DNA of 64,000 nt from Setoptus koraiensis (taxonomy: Eukaryota; Animalia; Arthropoda): assembly GCA_048013815.1 (NCBI GenBank), contig CM106586.1, positions 682,001-746,000 on the forward strand, written 5' to 3'. This document shows positions 39,024 to 50,999 of the stretch, one piece after another (positions within the stretch are counted from its first letter, which is position 1; each line of letters begins with the position of its first letter). Below the pieces are notes generated by a model, which searched no databases, was not told the DNA's origin, and worked only from the letters and a program-made list of their open reading frames with translations. The translations under genes were made by a program, and so were the position numbers.

Positions 39024-40376
39024 CAAGTGATACTGATTCTATCAGTACCTCGAGCGCTTAATTTTTTGGATAGACGAGTATCGTTGGAATATGGATGCGA
39101 GTATGTGACAACATGTCGGAGATAATCATCTATGCCTGTCGATCAGAGTAGCCGAAAAGATGACAGAATGAATACAAGTTCTCCCAATTTCTATCGCAGC
39201 ATGATACACATGTCGATTGCTTGCGTATGGAATTTAGTAAGATTCTAATAGTCAGTTTCGCCGCAATGAGTAATTAAGTTAGACACACCAATTAGTCGAT
39301 GGCGCACACTTTGTTATAGTGCATCAATTTTGAATTTCGAAGCTCGAAATGTGACCATCGAACTTCGAATTGTCACCATCGAACTTCGAATTGTCACCAT
39401 CGAAGTTCGAAATGTGACCATCGAACCTCGGACATCGAACACTGACCATCAAACATCGACAGAGCAGATTAAACTATCATAAGAAATTCGAATTTTCAAT
39501 TTTTGAATTTCGAAGTTCGAATTGTGACCATCGAACATCGAACTCTGACCATCGAACATCGAACGAGCAGCTGTAACTCTTATTAGAAATCCGAATTTTC
39601 AATTTAGAATTTCGAAGTTCGAATTGTGACCATCGAACTCTGACCATCGAACATCGAACGAGCAGACGAAACTATCATTAGGAATTCGAATTTTCAATTT
39701 TCGAATTTCGAACTTCGAAGTTCAAAGTTCGAAATGTGACCACGGAACTCTGACCATCGAACATAGAACAAGCATCTGAAACTCTCATCAGGAATTCGAA
39801 TTTCGAACTTCGAATTGTGACCATCGAATTCTGACCATCGAACTGAGAACTGTGACCATCGAACATCGAACGAGCGGCTGTAACTCTTATCAGAAATCTG
39901 AATTTTCAATTTCGAAGTTCGAAGTTCGAATTGCGACCATCGAACTCTCACCACGGAACTCTGACCGTCGAACATCGAACGAGCAGATGAAACTCTCATC
40001 AGGAATTCGAATTTTCAATTTCGAATTTCGAAGTTCGACCTTGGAATTGTGACCATCGAACTCCGACCATCCAACGTCGAACGGGCAGATGGAACTGTCA
40101 TCAGGAATTCGAATTTTGAATTCCGAAGTGGTGAATTGTCACCACCTAACTCCTCACCAATTCGGCTAGGTCAAATTTCCATAGGATTGCATACGAAATA
40201 TTTTCGAGTGAAGCGATAATAGACCAAGTCGAATCTACATAGGAATACATGTGTTATGTCTAGCAGGATTCTCACAAATTTGACCAAGTCAAACCTCCAT
40301 AGGATTACATAGTCACGTGAATAAACGTATCCATCCGACCCACATCAATAGCAGCTTAATTAAAATTAAGCGCTAA
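39024..40376 (-). mobile_element. Complete HINE-1 with expanded internal repeats, inserted into a 193-bp-family unit
   Basis: Both termini present; removal restores GCTAGATTTTAAAAGTCAAC (cf. GCTAGATTTTAAGAGTCAAC at ~55910). Confidence 0.9.
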
Positions 40377-40474
40377 AAATCTAGCACACGTAAAGCTAGG
40401 AGGCAGAGTTATGAGAGAACAATGATACAGTAGAAGCTGAGACGCTAACTGGTAGAAATTAGGATGCGATTTGA

Positions 40475-41165
40475 CTCATCAACACAAAGAAATAGCACAC
40501 CGCTCACAGGTCGCGCGCCATTACACAAAGTGCGCCATTGCCAGCTTGTTGTGTCTCGCAAATTTGTTCATTGTGGCAATATTGACCGCTAGAACTGCAT
40601 CAATTTCGGCATGCAGGCAGTTGACATGATCATCGAATTATGGTAGAAATTTGAAAAACTTGGATTTAGTCTGTCATATTTTGCCGACTCGTTGAAAATA
40701 GCTCATCAACACATAGAAAGAGCACACCGCACACAGGTCGCGCGCTCTAACACAGAGTGCGCCATTGCTGACTTTTTGTGTCTCGCAAAATTATTTATTG
40801 TGACTAAATTTGGTATTATAAATTCACCAAATTTTGTAAGGAAGCAGTTAATATGTGTATCTAGCTATAGTGAAAATCTGAGACATTTTGATTTATTTTG
40901 TCACACTCTATAGCTGCTTTGAACAGACCAAACGACTCATTCTCATAGCACACCGCTCACAGGTCGCGCGCTATAACACAAGGTGCGCCATTGCCAGCTT
41001 GTTGTGTCGGGCAAAGTTGTTCATTGTGGCAATATTGACCGCTAGAATTGCACCAATTTCCGCATGCAGGCAGATGACATGATCATCGAACTATGGTAAA
41101 AATTTGAAAAACTTGGATTTAGTCTGTCATATTTTGCGGGCTCGTTGAAAATAGCTCATCAACAC
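40475..41165 (+). repeat. Three ~230-bp tandem units related to the HINE-1 3' core
   Basis: CACCGC(T/A)CACAGGTCGCGCGC..GTGCGCCATTGC repeated; inverted copies at ~54930-55350. Confidence 0.8.
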
Positions 41166-41640
41166 ATAGAAAGAGCAGGGTTAATGAAGTCACTCACCCA
41201 GAGGTTTCTCTTGTCATTGACCGTTGTCAGCCACGAATGCTGTTTCGTTTTCCACTGGACATTGGGTCCCACACTAAAGACGTATGGTCGGCATCTAATT
41301 CTTTGACCATTCATTTCGATAGTGTTCCCTTTACAGTAGATGTACGCCTTGTTCTTCGTAACCTTGACCTGCTCTTTTGGCTCAATATGATTGATATTGG
41401 GGTAGCACGCCATCGGTTTCCACGCCTCATTGGTCGTAGGTGCAAAGTTCTGGGTGCTACAATCGAAATTGACGTACTGCCCCACATCCGGGTCGGATAA
41501 CGGCCTAATGCAATTAGCTGTCTCATTTACCAGTACATGCTCGCTACCCTGATATTTGTTCAAACAAGGTCGGCCGGTAAGGTTCACGTAAACTTCGAAT
41601 GGATCTGCTTCGATTACGAAGGATTTTTGGTCTGAGGCGT
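41165..41640 (-). pseudogene. env-like glycoprotein fragment
   Basis: Cys-spaced ectodomain-like sequence with potential N-glycosylation sites (NLT, NET); homologous by eye to the other env-like fragments. Confidence 0.55.
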
Positions 41641-41749
41641 AGAGGTAGAGGTAGTAGCGTCGGACTTGGCGTCACAGGTAGCTGCTTCGAAATTTGATTA
41701 TTGCACTTGTAGTATCGCAGAGATTTTATTGCTTTATTAGGATGTATTT

Positions 41750-42240
41750 TTAGCGCGTAATTTTAATTAAGCGCTAATGATGTAGTGATGTTGGATCCTA
41801 AATGGAGGAGGCAATCCACACACAAGCCTACAATTTTGAGTCACGCCCCCTCCTTAGCACACAGAAAGCTTCAGCTTGATTGATACTTAAGTCGCTCCAC
41901 CTCCTCAGCACACAGTAAGCTTCAGCTTGATTGAGACTTAAGTCACTCCACCTCCCTAGCACACAGTACAAAATCGTTTAGAAGAAGTAGATACCTGGCT
42001 CTTTTACTTGTTTACAGATTGTTGATTTCAAGTCTCGTGTGTAGATAGTCGGCTCTTATAACACTATGGAGATTTGAGTTTTCGATTCCTGTGTTAAAGT
42101 ATCTAAACATTACACATGTTAATCCTATGGAGATTTGAGTCTCCCAATTCGCGTTGAAGGATCTAAACATTACACATGTTAACCCTATGGAGATTTGAGT
42201 TTCTCAAATCCCGTGTTAAAGGATCTAAAAATTACACATG
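41750..42240 (+). mobile_element. Helentron/DINE-like element (A3 start) with ~42-bp and ~58-bp internal repeats
   Basis: ..TTAATTAAGCGCTAATGATGTAGTGATGTTGGATCC; same start at 37353, 51000, ~59730 and 33607 (-). Confidence 0.75.
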
Positions 42241-42276
42241 ATGATCCTATCGTGGCAATACGGACAAACTTCTCCG

Positions 42277-42560
42277 TTAACGACCGACGTAGTATATCTG
42301 GTTTGATAGCGTTCTTGGATTCGACCAAACCTGGAATATTGATGCCAGCTTCTTCATTAGCCTTGATATTACTGTCGTACAGACGGTCGTTGATGTCCTT
42401 GACCAAATGAGCCGGATAAATAAATTTATTGGGCAGTATTTCCTCAACATGATCAATATAGCTATGGGGTGGCATTCAGTAACAAGTGTATAACCACCAC
42501 AGATAACTTTCCCCGTTATATAGCTGTACGTTCGGAGCCTCTCATTCATCTCACCAATTG
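42277..42560 (-). pseudogene. Possible degenerate Ty3/gypsy RNase H fragment
   Basis: YSYITGK..YTLVTECHPIAIL resembles YLxGxxFxLxTDHxPL; weak. Confidence 0.3.
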
Positions 42561-43177
42561 ATACTGACAGAATCAGTATCACTTGTCTGGATGGACGAGT
42601 AAGATTGGAATATAGAAGCGAGCATGTGATAACATGTCGGAGATAACAATCTAGATTTACAGTTATGTGCCTTTGACAGCGCTAATTGTGCGTGTGATGG
42701 CTGAGAACATGTGCATCCTAAACAGTCACACAGTGAAGTACAGTTATGGGTTGTTATCACATACTCGCTTGAGCACATGTGAGACACAGGTGCTCAATAA
42801 TGGCACTGGAGGCCATTTTGTGGCACATGTCCTTCTACATTATGTGCGATCTTTGAAATTGTTCTCACCAGGATAAATTCTTGAAACTTTCTAGAGACAG
42901 CAAACACTGTGCCATACACGATCTGTGCAAGTCTAATCGATTTTCTGTTTCTAGTATTGGCCCTATAGGCCATTTTGTGGCACATGTTCTTCCTCAGAAT
43001 GTGCGTAGGCGTGGACGACTGGAGGCCGAACCGGGTGTTGTAGCGAATATCGACCCAGTCAGATTTCGATGAAACCTCACACGTGGGGCCCGTAGGGTCC
43101 CCTGACAACAGTTTGAGTGGTCCGGAAGTGCGGCAACTTCCGGTTCCGGTTTTACAAAAACTTTGAGATACAGATTT

Positions 43178-44917
43178 GGCTTGTTGTAGCGATTAGTGCC
43201 CCGCTCCGATTTTGATGAAACTTCTGGTACGGGTATGTTATGACCCCAACAGACCGGAAAAGTTGGTCCGGAAGTGCGGAAACTTCTGGTTCCGGTTTTA
43301 CATGAAGTTCGAACTAGAGATCTGAAACTCACCAGAGAGACGTTACTGACCACGCTGAATATGATGGCATAATTTTCAGCTCTGTGCGACTTCCGGTTTT
43401 CCAGATATACAGATATATTTGACGTAAGAAGACCGGAAGCGGAGAAATTGGAGCTCCGCTTTGCTCAGGAATGAGTATGTGATGAGTCTGAGAACTCGGC
43501 CTGCGGCCTGGTATTCTGGAGGCCGTCACATCTCCGTCGTCGCTCCCGCGACGACTGCGTGCGACGGGAACCCTTCGGTTATGGTTGATGAGCGCTTCGG
43601 GTATCGGGCTGCGCCCTCCACCCTCCGCTCACATGACTGCAATCCATACACTACCTTAAGTAGAGGAACGGACTGTTCATCCTGGAGCTGCACATCCAAC
43701 TGTGAGAATTTTGAGAATCGGAAATGGCGCAGGCTTTTGTGTTGATCAGTACGGGCCTGCAAGCTTACGCATTTGGGTTGTTCTAGCGAATAGTGCCACA
43801 CCCAGATTCTGATGAAACTTCCGGTATAGGTTCATCTTGGCCTCAATAGAATGAAAAAAGTGGTCCGGAAGTGCGGAAACTTCCGGTTCCGGTTTTACCT
43901 TAAGTTAAAGCTAGAGGTCTAAAACTCACCATAATAGCGTTCCAAAAGACGCTGAACACGATGGCACAATTTTCAGCTCGGTGTGACTTCCGGTTCTCGA
44001 AATATCGGCATATTTATTGGTTCGGAAGACCGAACCAATGACGAATTTCAGCTTCGCTGCACTCGGGGATGAACCTGCGATGGGTCTGAGAACTCGGCCT
44101 GCGGCCTCGTAATTTGGAGGCCGTCACATCTCCGTCGTCGCTCCCGCGACGACTGCGTGCGACGGGAACCCTTCGGGTAGGGTTGATGAGCGCTTCGGAT
44201 ATCGGGCTACGCCCTCTACCCTCCGCTCACGTGACTGCAAACCATGGAAAATTCTTGGTTGAAGAAATGCGATGATAGAAACTGAATTCATCACAATGAT
44301 GCGTATCATCATGAATCGGAGAGATATCGGGATGGATTGGCGGCAGTATATGGATATGGCGCGGATGCTTCGTTGCGAGCGGTACACCCGCGCGGTTTTC
44401 CCAGAATATCTCTAGAACCCGAAACCGCACACAGGTGTAACGAACTCTGTTTTACTCAGCACGTCCGCATCCTGCTGTTCATCAAGTTTCATGGCTCTAG
44501 CTTGAAGTTTGTGTAAAACCGGAACCGGAAATTTCCGCACTTCCGGACTAGCGAATCCGTTGTTTGGGGGCCCTTCGAGGCCCATGTGTGAAGTTTGGTT
44601 GAAATCTGAGTGTGGCACTATTCGCTAGAACACCCCGAATTTGGTCGATATTCCGTCCCGCCACCGCCCTTGCAGCGGTTTCCACCAAATATCTTGTGAA
44701 CCGGAAGTTGTTCAGACTTGAAATTTGTTGTATCGTACTCTGCGAGCTTTCATCTAGATGAATAGAGTGTTTGAAGTCCGTATCTCAATTATTATGTAAA
44801 ACCGGAACCGGAAGTTTCCGCACTTCCGGACTAGCGAATCCGTTGTTTGGGGGCCCTTCGAGGCCCATGTGTGAAGTTTGGTTGAAATCAGACTGGGGCA
44901 CTAATCGCTACAACACC
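43178..44917 (+). mobile_element. TIR-family element with a same-family element nested inside it
   Basis: Arm C1 + D (43490-43646) + internal module; the internal module and right arm resume after 44643. Confidence 0.7.
43776..44634 (+). mobile_element. Complete non-autonomous TIR element (859 bp), 9-bp TSD
   Basis: GGTTGTTCTAGCGAATAGTGCCACAC / GTGTGGCACTATTCGCTAGAACACC; flanks ACGCATTTG / CCGAATTTG; near-identical to 57458-58317. Confidence 0.9.
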
Positions 44918-44919
44918 CC

Positions 44920-45253
44920 TAGTTTCAATACCTCTAGCTTCCAGTGCACTAGATCCGAATTGTATACAGCTAGCCTTCTGCTGTGCTAAATTCACCTAGA
45001 TAGCATATCAGTATTGAGCGTGCTAATCGCGTCTAGTTAGTGTCTCGCGCGCAGAGCATTCTGTGTGCTAAATTTAACTAATCAACATTGTAAGCTTTGA
45101 GTGTTCTAGATTTATCTAGTTCATTTCTTATAGTACAGCTTACACCGTGCTATTTTCCCCTAGATATAAAAAGCATTGATTTGTTCCACCCACGTGAATA
45201 AACCTATCCATCCGACCCACATCAATAGCTACTTAATTAAAATTAAGCGCTAA
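44920..45253 (-). mobile_element. 5' part of a Helentron-like element (HINE-2) inserted into an A2-type element (45256-45428)
   Basis: Two successive minus-strand TTAATTAAAATTAAGCGCTAA ends. Confidence 0.75.
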
Positions 45254-45432
45254 AAACACGGAGTATTCACAAGCACACAGCGCGTGAATCACCATAGCAC
45301 AATTGGTGAATATCCTGTGAAATGCACGGATTTAGTATCCATAATCACACCGTGCGTGGATATTCATGCGTGATCTTCAGGATCCCACAGCACTACATCA
45401 TAAGCCCTTAATTAAAATTAAGCGCTAAAAAC

Positions 45433-46338
45433 ATGAATCCAGAATCATCAAGATGCAAAATGTGTCACTCCACAGTATGCGACCAAGTCCATAACTGTAT
45501 CTCAGCCTCGGCTGATAGAATACGCCATATACGCAACCAGGTCGGAGCTCACAAACACCGAATGGACCAGATAACAGATATGATTGGACGCTTAGAGAGC
45601 TGATATTTAGAAATCGATGCCGTCAGCGAAAGCCTCACCCAAATTCGCAAACATTTTGTAGGGCATCGAGAAATTACCGAGAACAAATTAAGGAAGCAGA
45701 GAGAATATCTGAACGATGAAAATGGTATCATCTCCAAGCAAGAATTGACACTAGAGGAAATAGCCAATCTAAACATTCAGTTGGCCAACTACGACCACTA
45801 TATGGAACGTTTGGAACTCCTGGAAGAAAACGTCCACAAGAAAGAAGATCAACAGCTAAAAAAGATCGATGCTCTGGAGCTCAAGCAAACACAACTGGTT
45901 GCAGCCACAATCAAAAAGGAACCACAACAACCTCGTGAGGTCTTTCAGACAATAAAAGTTAACCTCAAAAAAGTCAAGGTAGAGGACATCAAAACGGAGC
46001 CACTGCAGGAACAGGAGAACATTCCAGCGCCTCCGGAGGCACCAAAGGACTCACCAGCGATGGCCGCATCTTGCGAGATGTCAAAAGACTCGCCAGCTCT
46101 CTCCGGAGGGATAATGACATTCATTAATACACGGGCTCTGGGGAGAGACCACCTAACAGGAACGGACATTTTGGAGATCCAGTTACCACGCAAAGGAGGA
46201 GATGATCTACACCTATCCGTAGATCGTAACACCAAATGCCGCGATCTCGCTACGATGGTCAAAGAAAAACTTTGTCTGGACCATTACAACTTTGACATAT
46301 TATTCATGGAATCCGTATTACTCAGGAACTATCAGTAG
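45433..46338 (+). pseudogene. Cys/His motif + coiled coil + ubiquitin-like tail, one in-frame stop (45601)
   Basis: ATG 45433; CKMCHSTVCDQVHNC; long coiled-coil composition; C-terminal ILEIQLP..LHLSVDRNTKCRDLATMVKEKLCLDHYNFDILF resembles a ubiquitin/RA-type fold; same frame as ORF 45745-46338. Confidence 0.5.
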
Positions 46339-46536
46339 TCGGTTGTCAATCATCAAGTTAGTCATCAGTTATCAAAAAGTTGTATCATCAGTTATCAATC
46401 AGAAAATTATTCATCAGTTATCAATCAGCAAATTAATCATCAGTCATCAGAGGTTAAATCGTCATTCATCAAAAGTTAATCAGATACCAATCATTTTTGC
46501 TTCAAATCATAATCAAATACATAGTTATAAATCGCA

Positions 46537-47071
46537 ATGGATGTACCAATGGATGAAACTTCTGAATCGAACAATGAGTCAACTATCGGTAAGTCGGTGA
46601 CCACAACTTTCACGGAACAAGGTAAGGCATTGGCAGTCTTAGAAGGATTCTCTTACTACAAGGACAAGAATAGAGAGGAAAAATACTATTGGGAGTGTTC
46701 AGAATATTTTAAACGTCGTTGCCCGGCTCGTATTCAAACAAGTTTCGAAAATGGAATACACAAGTTAATGAAAGAGACAGGTGATCATTCGCACCCTCCA
46801 TCACCAACGAAGAAAGATCGTTGTGACGTAGTGCATAAAATGAAAGAGATGGCTTCAACTAGCTCGAAACCATGCCAGATTGTCACTGCTGCCCAAGCGG
46901 AAGTCTCCAAAGAAGTCCTAGCAACTTTGCCGAGCACCTCGGCTGATTTCCAGCGTGTAAGAAGGGCCAAAAAAGTGGATCAAGCTATTAGAGAACCACA
47001 GGATCTCATGGATCTAGTTATTCCAGAGGACTTGGCAACGGCTATTGGAGGCGACCAATATTTAATCGCCG
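46537..47071 (+). pseudogene. FLYWCH zinc finger and N-terminal part of a MULE transposase
   Basis: GKALAVLEGFSYYKDK..YYWECSEYFKRRCPARIQT..HSHPP; truncated by a TIR end. Confidence 0.85.
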
Positions 47072-47937
47072 GGTATTGTATCTAATAGCGCCACACTCCT
47101 ATATCAATGAAACTCCACACTTAGGGCCCGCAGGGCCCCCTGACAACAGTTTGACTAGTCCGGAAGTGCGGAAACTTCCGGTTCCGGTTTTACATTTAAA
47201 TTGAGATACGGACTTGAAACACTCTGTACATCTGGATGGAAGCATACAAAGTACAATACAGCAAATTTCAAGTCTGAACAACTTCCGGTTGACGTGATAT
47301 TTGGTGGAAACCGCTGCAAAGGCGGTGACGGGACGGAATTTCGACCAAATACGTGCGCTACCAAGCCAGTACAGTTCAACACAAAAGCCTGCGCCACTTC
47401 CAGTTCTCGAGATTCTCACAGTTAGATGTTCAGCTTCACGATGAACAGTCCGTTCTTCTACTTACGGTCGTGTATGGATTGCAGTCATGTGAGCGGAGGG
47501 TAGAGGGCGCAGCCCGATACCCGAAGCGCTCATCAACCCTACCCGAAGGGTTCCCGTCGCACGAAGTCGTCGCGTGAGCGAAGACGGAGATGTGACGGCC
47601 TCAAGAATAAGAGGCCGCAGGCCGAGTTCTCAGACCAATCGCATACTCATTCATGAGCGAAGCGGAGCTCCAAATTTGCCACTTCCGGTCTTATTACGCC
47701 AAATATATCTCTACATCTGAAAAACCGGAGGTCGCACAGAGCTGAAAATTATGCCATCATGTTCATCGTGGTTGGTCTCTCTGGTGAGTTTCGGACCTCT
47801 AGCCCGAACTTCATGTGAAACCGAAACCAGAAGTTTCCACACATCCGGACCCACTTCACCGGTTTATAGGGGTCAAGATGTACCCGTACCAGAAGCTTCA
47901 TCAAAATCGGGGCGGGGCACTAATCGCAACAACAACC
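47072..47937 (-). mobile_element. TIR-family element with cassette D (47475-47631)
   Basis: Both arms present (GGTATTGTATCTAATAG / CTAATCGCAACAACAACC); no TSD match. Confidence 0.8.
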
Positions 47938-48329
47938 GATTGATGAACTGTCAAATCTGACACCGACGCAATCGATGAAATGCCGTCATCTGGAATATCA
48001 CTGAGACCGAGAAATCTCAGAACTTCCGGAATCATAATTTTGAGATCAGTGTTCAATAATGAGCATTGGAAATATCACAATTGAGGCTTCAGGGGCCGCC
48101 AGCGGTGGCCGGGTATCGAGAAACGCCCATTGAGCGGTACCTCGGTTATCTCAGGAACGAAGAATTTCCGCACTTCCGGAATAACCATTCCGGTATCAGG
48201 GTACGATACCCTACCCAAAAATACCCAAAATACCCCGAAAAAAGTTATACTGATTATACCAGTATAAGAGCGCTTAATTTTTCCAGTGAACAATCTTAGA
48301 GGTTTGGACAGTTTATTATGAAGTGATAA

Positions 48330-49513
48330 GTGCTAGCTGTCTCTAGAAAGTTTTTCAAGAATTTATCCTGGTGAGAACAGTTTCGAGAATTGCACATACT
48401 GTGGAAGAACATGTGCCACAATATGGCCTATAGCGCCAATACTAGAAACAGAAAATTGATAAGACTTGCACAGATCGTGTATGGCACAGTGCTTGCTGTC
48501 TCTAGAAAGTTTCAAGAATTTATCCTGGTGAGAACAGTTTCGAAAATCGCACATACTGTGGAAGAACATGTGCCACAATATGGCCTATAGCGCCAATACT
48601 AGAAACAGAAAATTGATAAGACTTGCACAGATCGTGTATGGCACAGTGCTTGCTGTCTCTAGAAAGTTTCAAGAATTTATCCTGGTGAGAACAGTTTCGA
48701 AAATCGCACATACTGTAGAGACACATGTGCCACAATATGGCCTATAGCGCCAATACTAGAAACAGAAAATTGATAAGACTTGCACAGATCGTGTATGGCA
48801 CAGTGCTTGCTGTCTCTAGAAAGTTTCAAGAATTTATCCTGGTGAGAACAGTTTCGAAAATCGCACATAATGTAGAGACACATGTGCCACAATATGGCCT
48901 ATAGCGCCAATACTAGAAACAGAAAATTGATAAGACTTGCACAGATCGTGTATGGCACAGTGCTTGCTGTCTCTAGAAAGTTTCAAGAATTTATCCTGGT
49001 GAGAACAGTTTCGAAAATCGCACATACTGTGGAAGAACATGTGCCACAATATGGCCTATAGCGCCAATACTAGAAACAGAAAATTGATAAGACTTGCACA
49101 GATCGTGTATGGCACAGTGCTTGCTGTCTCTAGAAAGTTTCAAGAATTTATCCTGGTGAGAACAGTTTCGAAAATCGCACATACTGTAGAGACACATGTG
49201 CCACAATATGGCCTATAGCGCCAATACTAGAAACAGAAAATTGATAAGACTTGCACAGATCGTGTATGGCACAGTGCTTGCTGTCTCTAGAAAGTTTCAA
49301 GAATTTATCCTGGTGAGAACAGTTTCGAAAATCGCACATAATGCATGGGCACATGTGATCAGAAATCACATGTATTGAATGAGCTAACATGATCCAGAAT
49401 TGCCTATAGCGCCAATACTAGAAACAGAAAATTGATAAAACTTGCACGGATCGTGTATGGCACAGTGCTTGCTGTCTCTAGAAAGTTTCAAGAATTTATC
49501 CTGGTGAGAACAG
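48330..49513 (+). repeat. 157-bp tandem array (~7 units, runs into a gap) inside a B2-type Helentron-like element
   Basis: Exact 157-bp period (ORF-track offsets 48363/48520/48677/48834/48991/49148); B2 hairpin end at 48241-48285; monomers also at ~18745-18945, 28200-28330, 42800-43000 and 57190-57380. Confidence 0.95.
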
Positions 49514-50013
49514 NNNNNNNNNNNNNNNNNNNNNNNNNNNNNNNNNNNNNNNNNNNNNNNNNNNNNNNNNNNNNNNNNNNNNNNNNNNNNNNNNNNNNNN
49601 NNNNNNNNNNNNNNNNNNNNNNNNNNNNNNNNNNNNNNNNNNNNNNNNNNNNNNNNNNNNNNNNNNNNNNNNNNNNNNNNNNNNNNNNNNNNNNNNNNNN
49701 NNNNNNNNNNNNNNNNNNNNNNNNNNNNNNNNNNNNNNNNNNNNNNNNNNNNNNNNNNNNNNNNNNNNNNNNNNNNNNNNNNNNNNNNNNNNNNNNNNNN
49801 NNNNNNNNNNNNNNNNNNNNNNNNNNNNNNNNNNNNNNNNNNNNNNNNNNNNNNNNNNNNNNNNNNNNNNNNNNNNNNNNNNNNNNNNNNNNNNNNNNNN
49901 NNNNNNNNNNNNNNNNNNNNNNNNNNNNNNNNNNNNNNNNNNNNNNNNNNNNNNNNNNNNNNNNNNNNNNNNNNNNNNNNNNNNNNNNNNNNNNNNNNNN
50001 NNNNNNNNNNNNN
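49514..50013. other. Assembly gap (500 N)
   Basis: Run of N. Confidence 1.
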
Positions 50014-50459
50014 CGAATTTCGACCATCGAATTCTGACCATCGAACTAAGAACACTGACCAACGAACTCCGAACGAGCAGATGGAACTGTCATCAGAAAT
50101 TCGAATTTTCAATTTCGAATTTCGAAGTTCGAAATGTGACCATCGAACTCCGACCATCCAACGTCGAACGGGCAGATGGAACTGTCATCAGGAATTCGAA
50201 TTTTGAATTCCGAAGTTCGAATTGTCACCACCGAACTCCTCACTAATTCGACTAGGTCAAATCTCCATAGGATTGCATACGAAATATTTTCGAGTGAAGC
50301 GATAATAGACCAAGTCGAATCTACATAGGAATACATGTGTAATGTCTAGCAGGATTCTCACAAATTTGTAAGTCAAACCTACATAGGATTACATTGTCAC
50401 GTGAATAGATTAGCAATAAACACCAAACCAATAGCAACTTAATTAAAATTAAGCGCTAA
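50014..50459 (-). mobile_element. 5' portion of HINE-1
   Basis: Matches ~40010-40376; terminus AATTAAAATTAAGCGCTAA. Confidence 0.85.
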
Positions 50460-50717
50460 AAAGGCTGCGCCAACTTGTGTGGTGAATTGCATGAGCCTCT
50501 GTGCGCACGCATTCATCCAGGCGCGCGGATAGTTCGTCCCGTCAACCCCCTCTCAGCAATTTTAACCAAATATCTCGTGAACCGGAAGTCGTACATACTT
50601 GAAATAGACATAATCGTACTCCGCATACACGGTCTCAGTTATTTAGTGAGTTTCAAATCTGTATCTCAAAGTTTTTGTAAAACCGGAACAGACCTTTCAA
50701 ATTCTATTTCTCAGTTA

Positions 50718-50999
50718 CTAAGTAGTGGATGTGATGATACTACGGTCATCATTCATATTTACAGTCTTTGATACTGGTGCTTTTGGGTGGTCTATACCCA
50801 ATAGCATTCTCAGATTACAAAAGTTGCTCTTTCGTAGCGCTTTGGTGAGTATATCAGCTATATTATCTGTTGTCTTTATGTATTCAACAGTTACTTCACC
50901 ATCTGATACATGATGCCTTATGAACATGTATTTCACGTGTATGTGCTTTAGCATTGTATGTACCTGACTATTTTGAATACTTTGATAGCGCTTTGGTTA
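50718..50999 (-). pseudogene. Ty1/copia RNase H C-terminal fragment
   Basis: NQSAIK..KHIHVKYMFIRHHV..NIADILTKAL..LGI. Confidence 0.9.

Noticed and set aside
48363-49390. Series of ~71-aa ORFs
   Set aside because: Artefact of the 157-bp tandem repeat.
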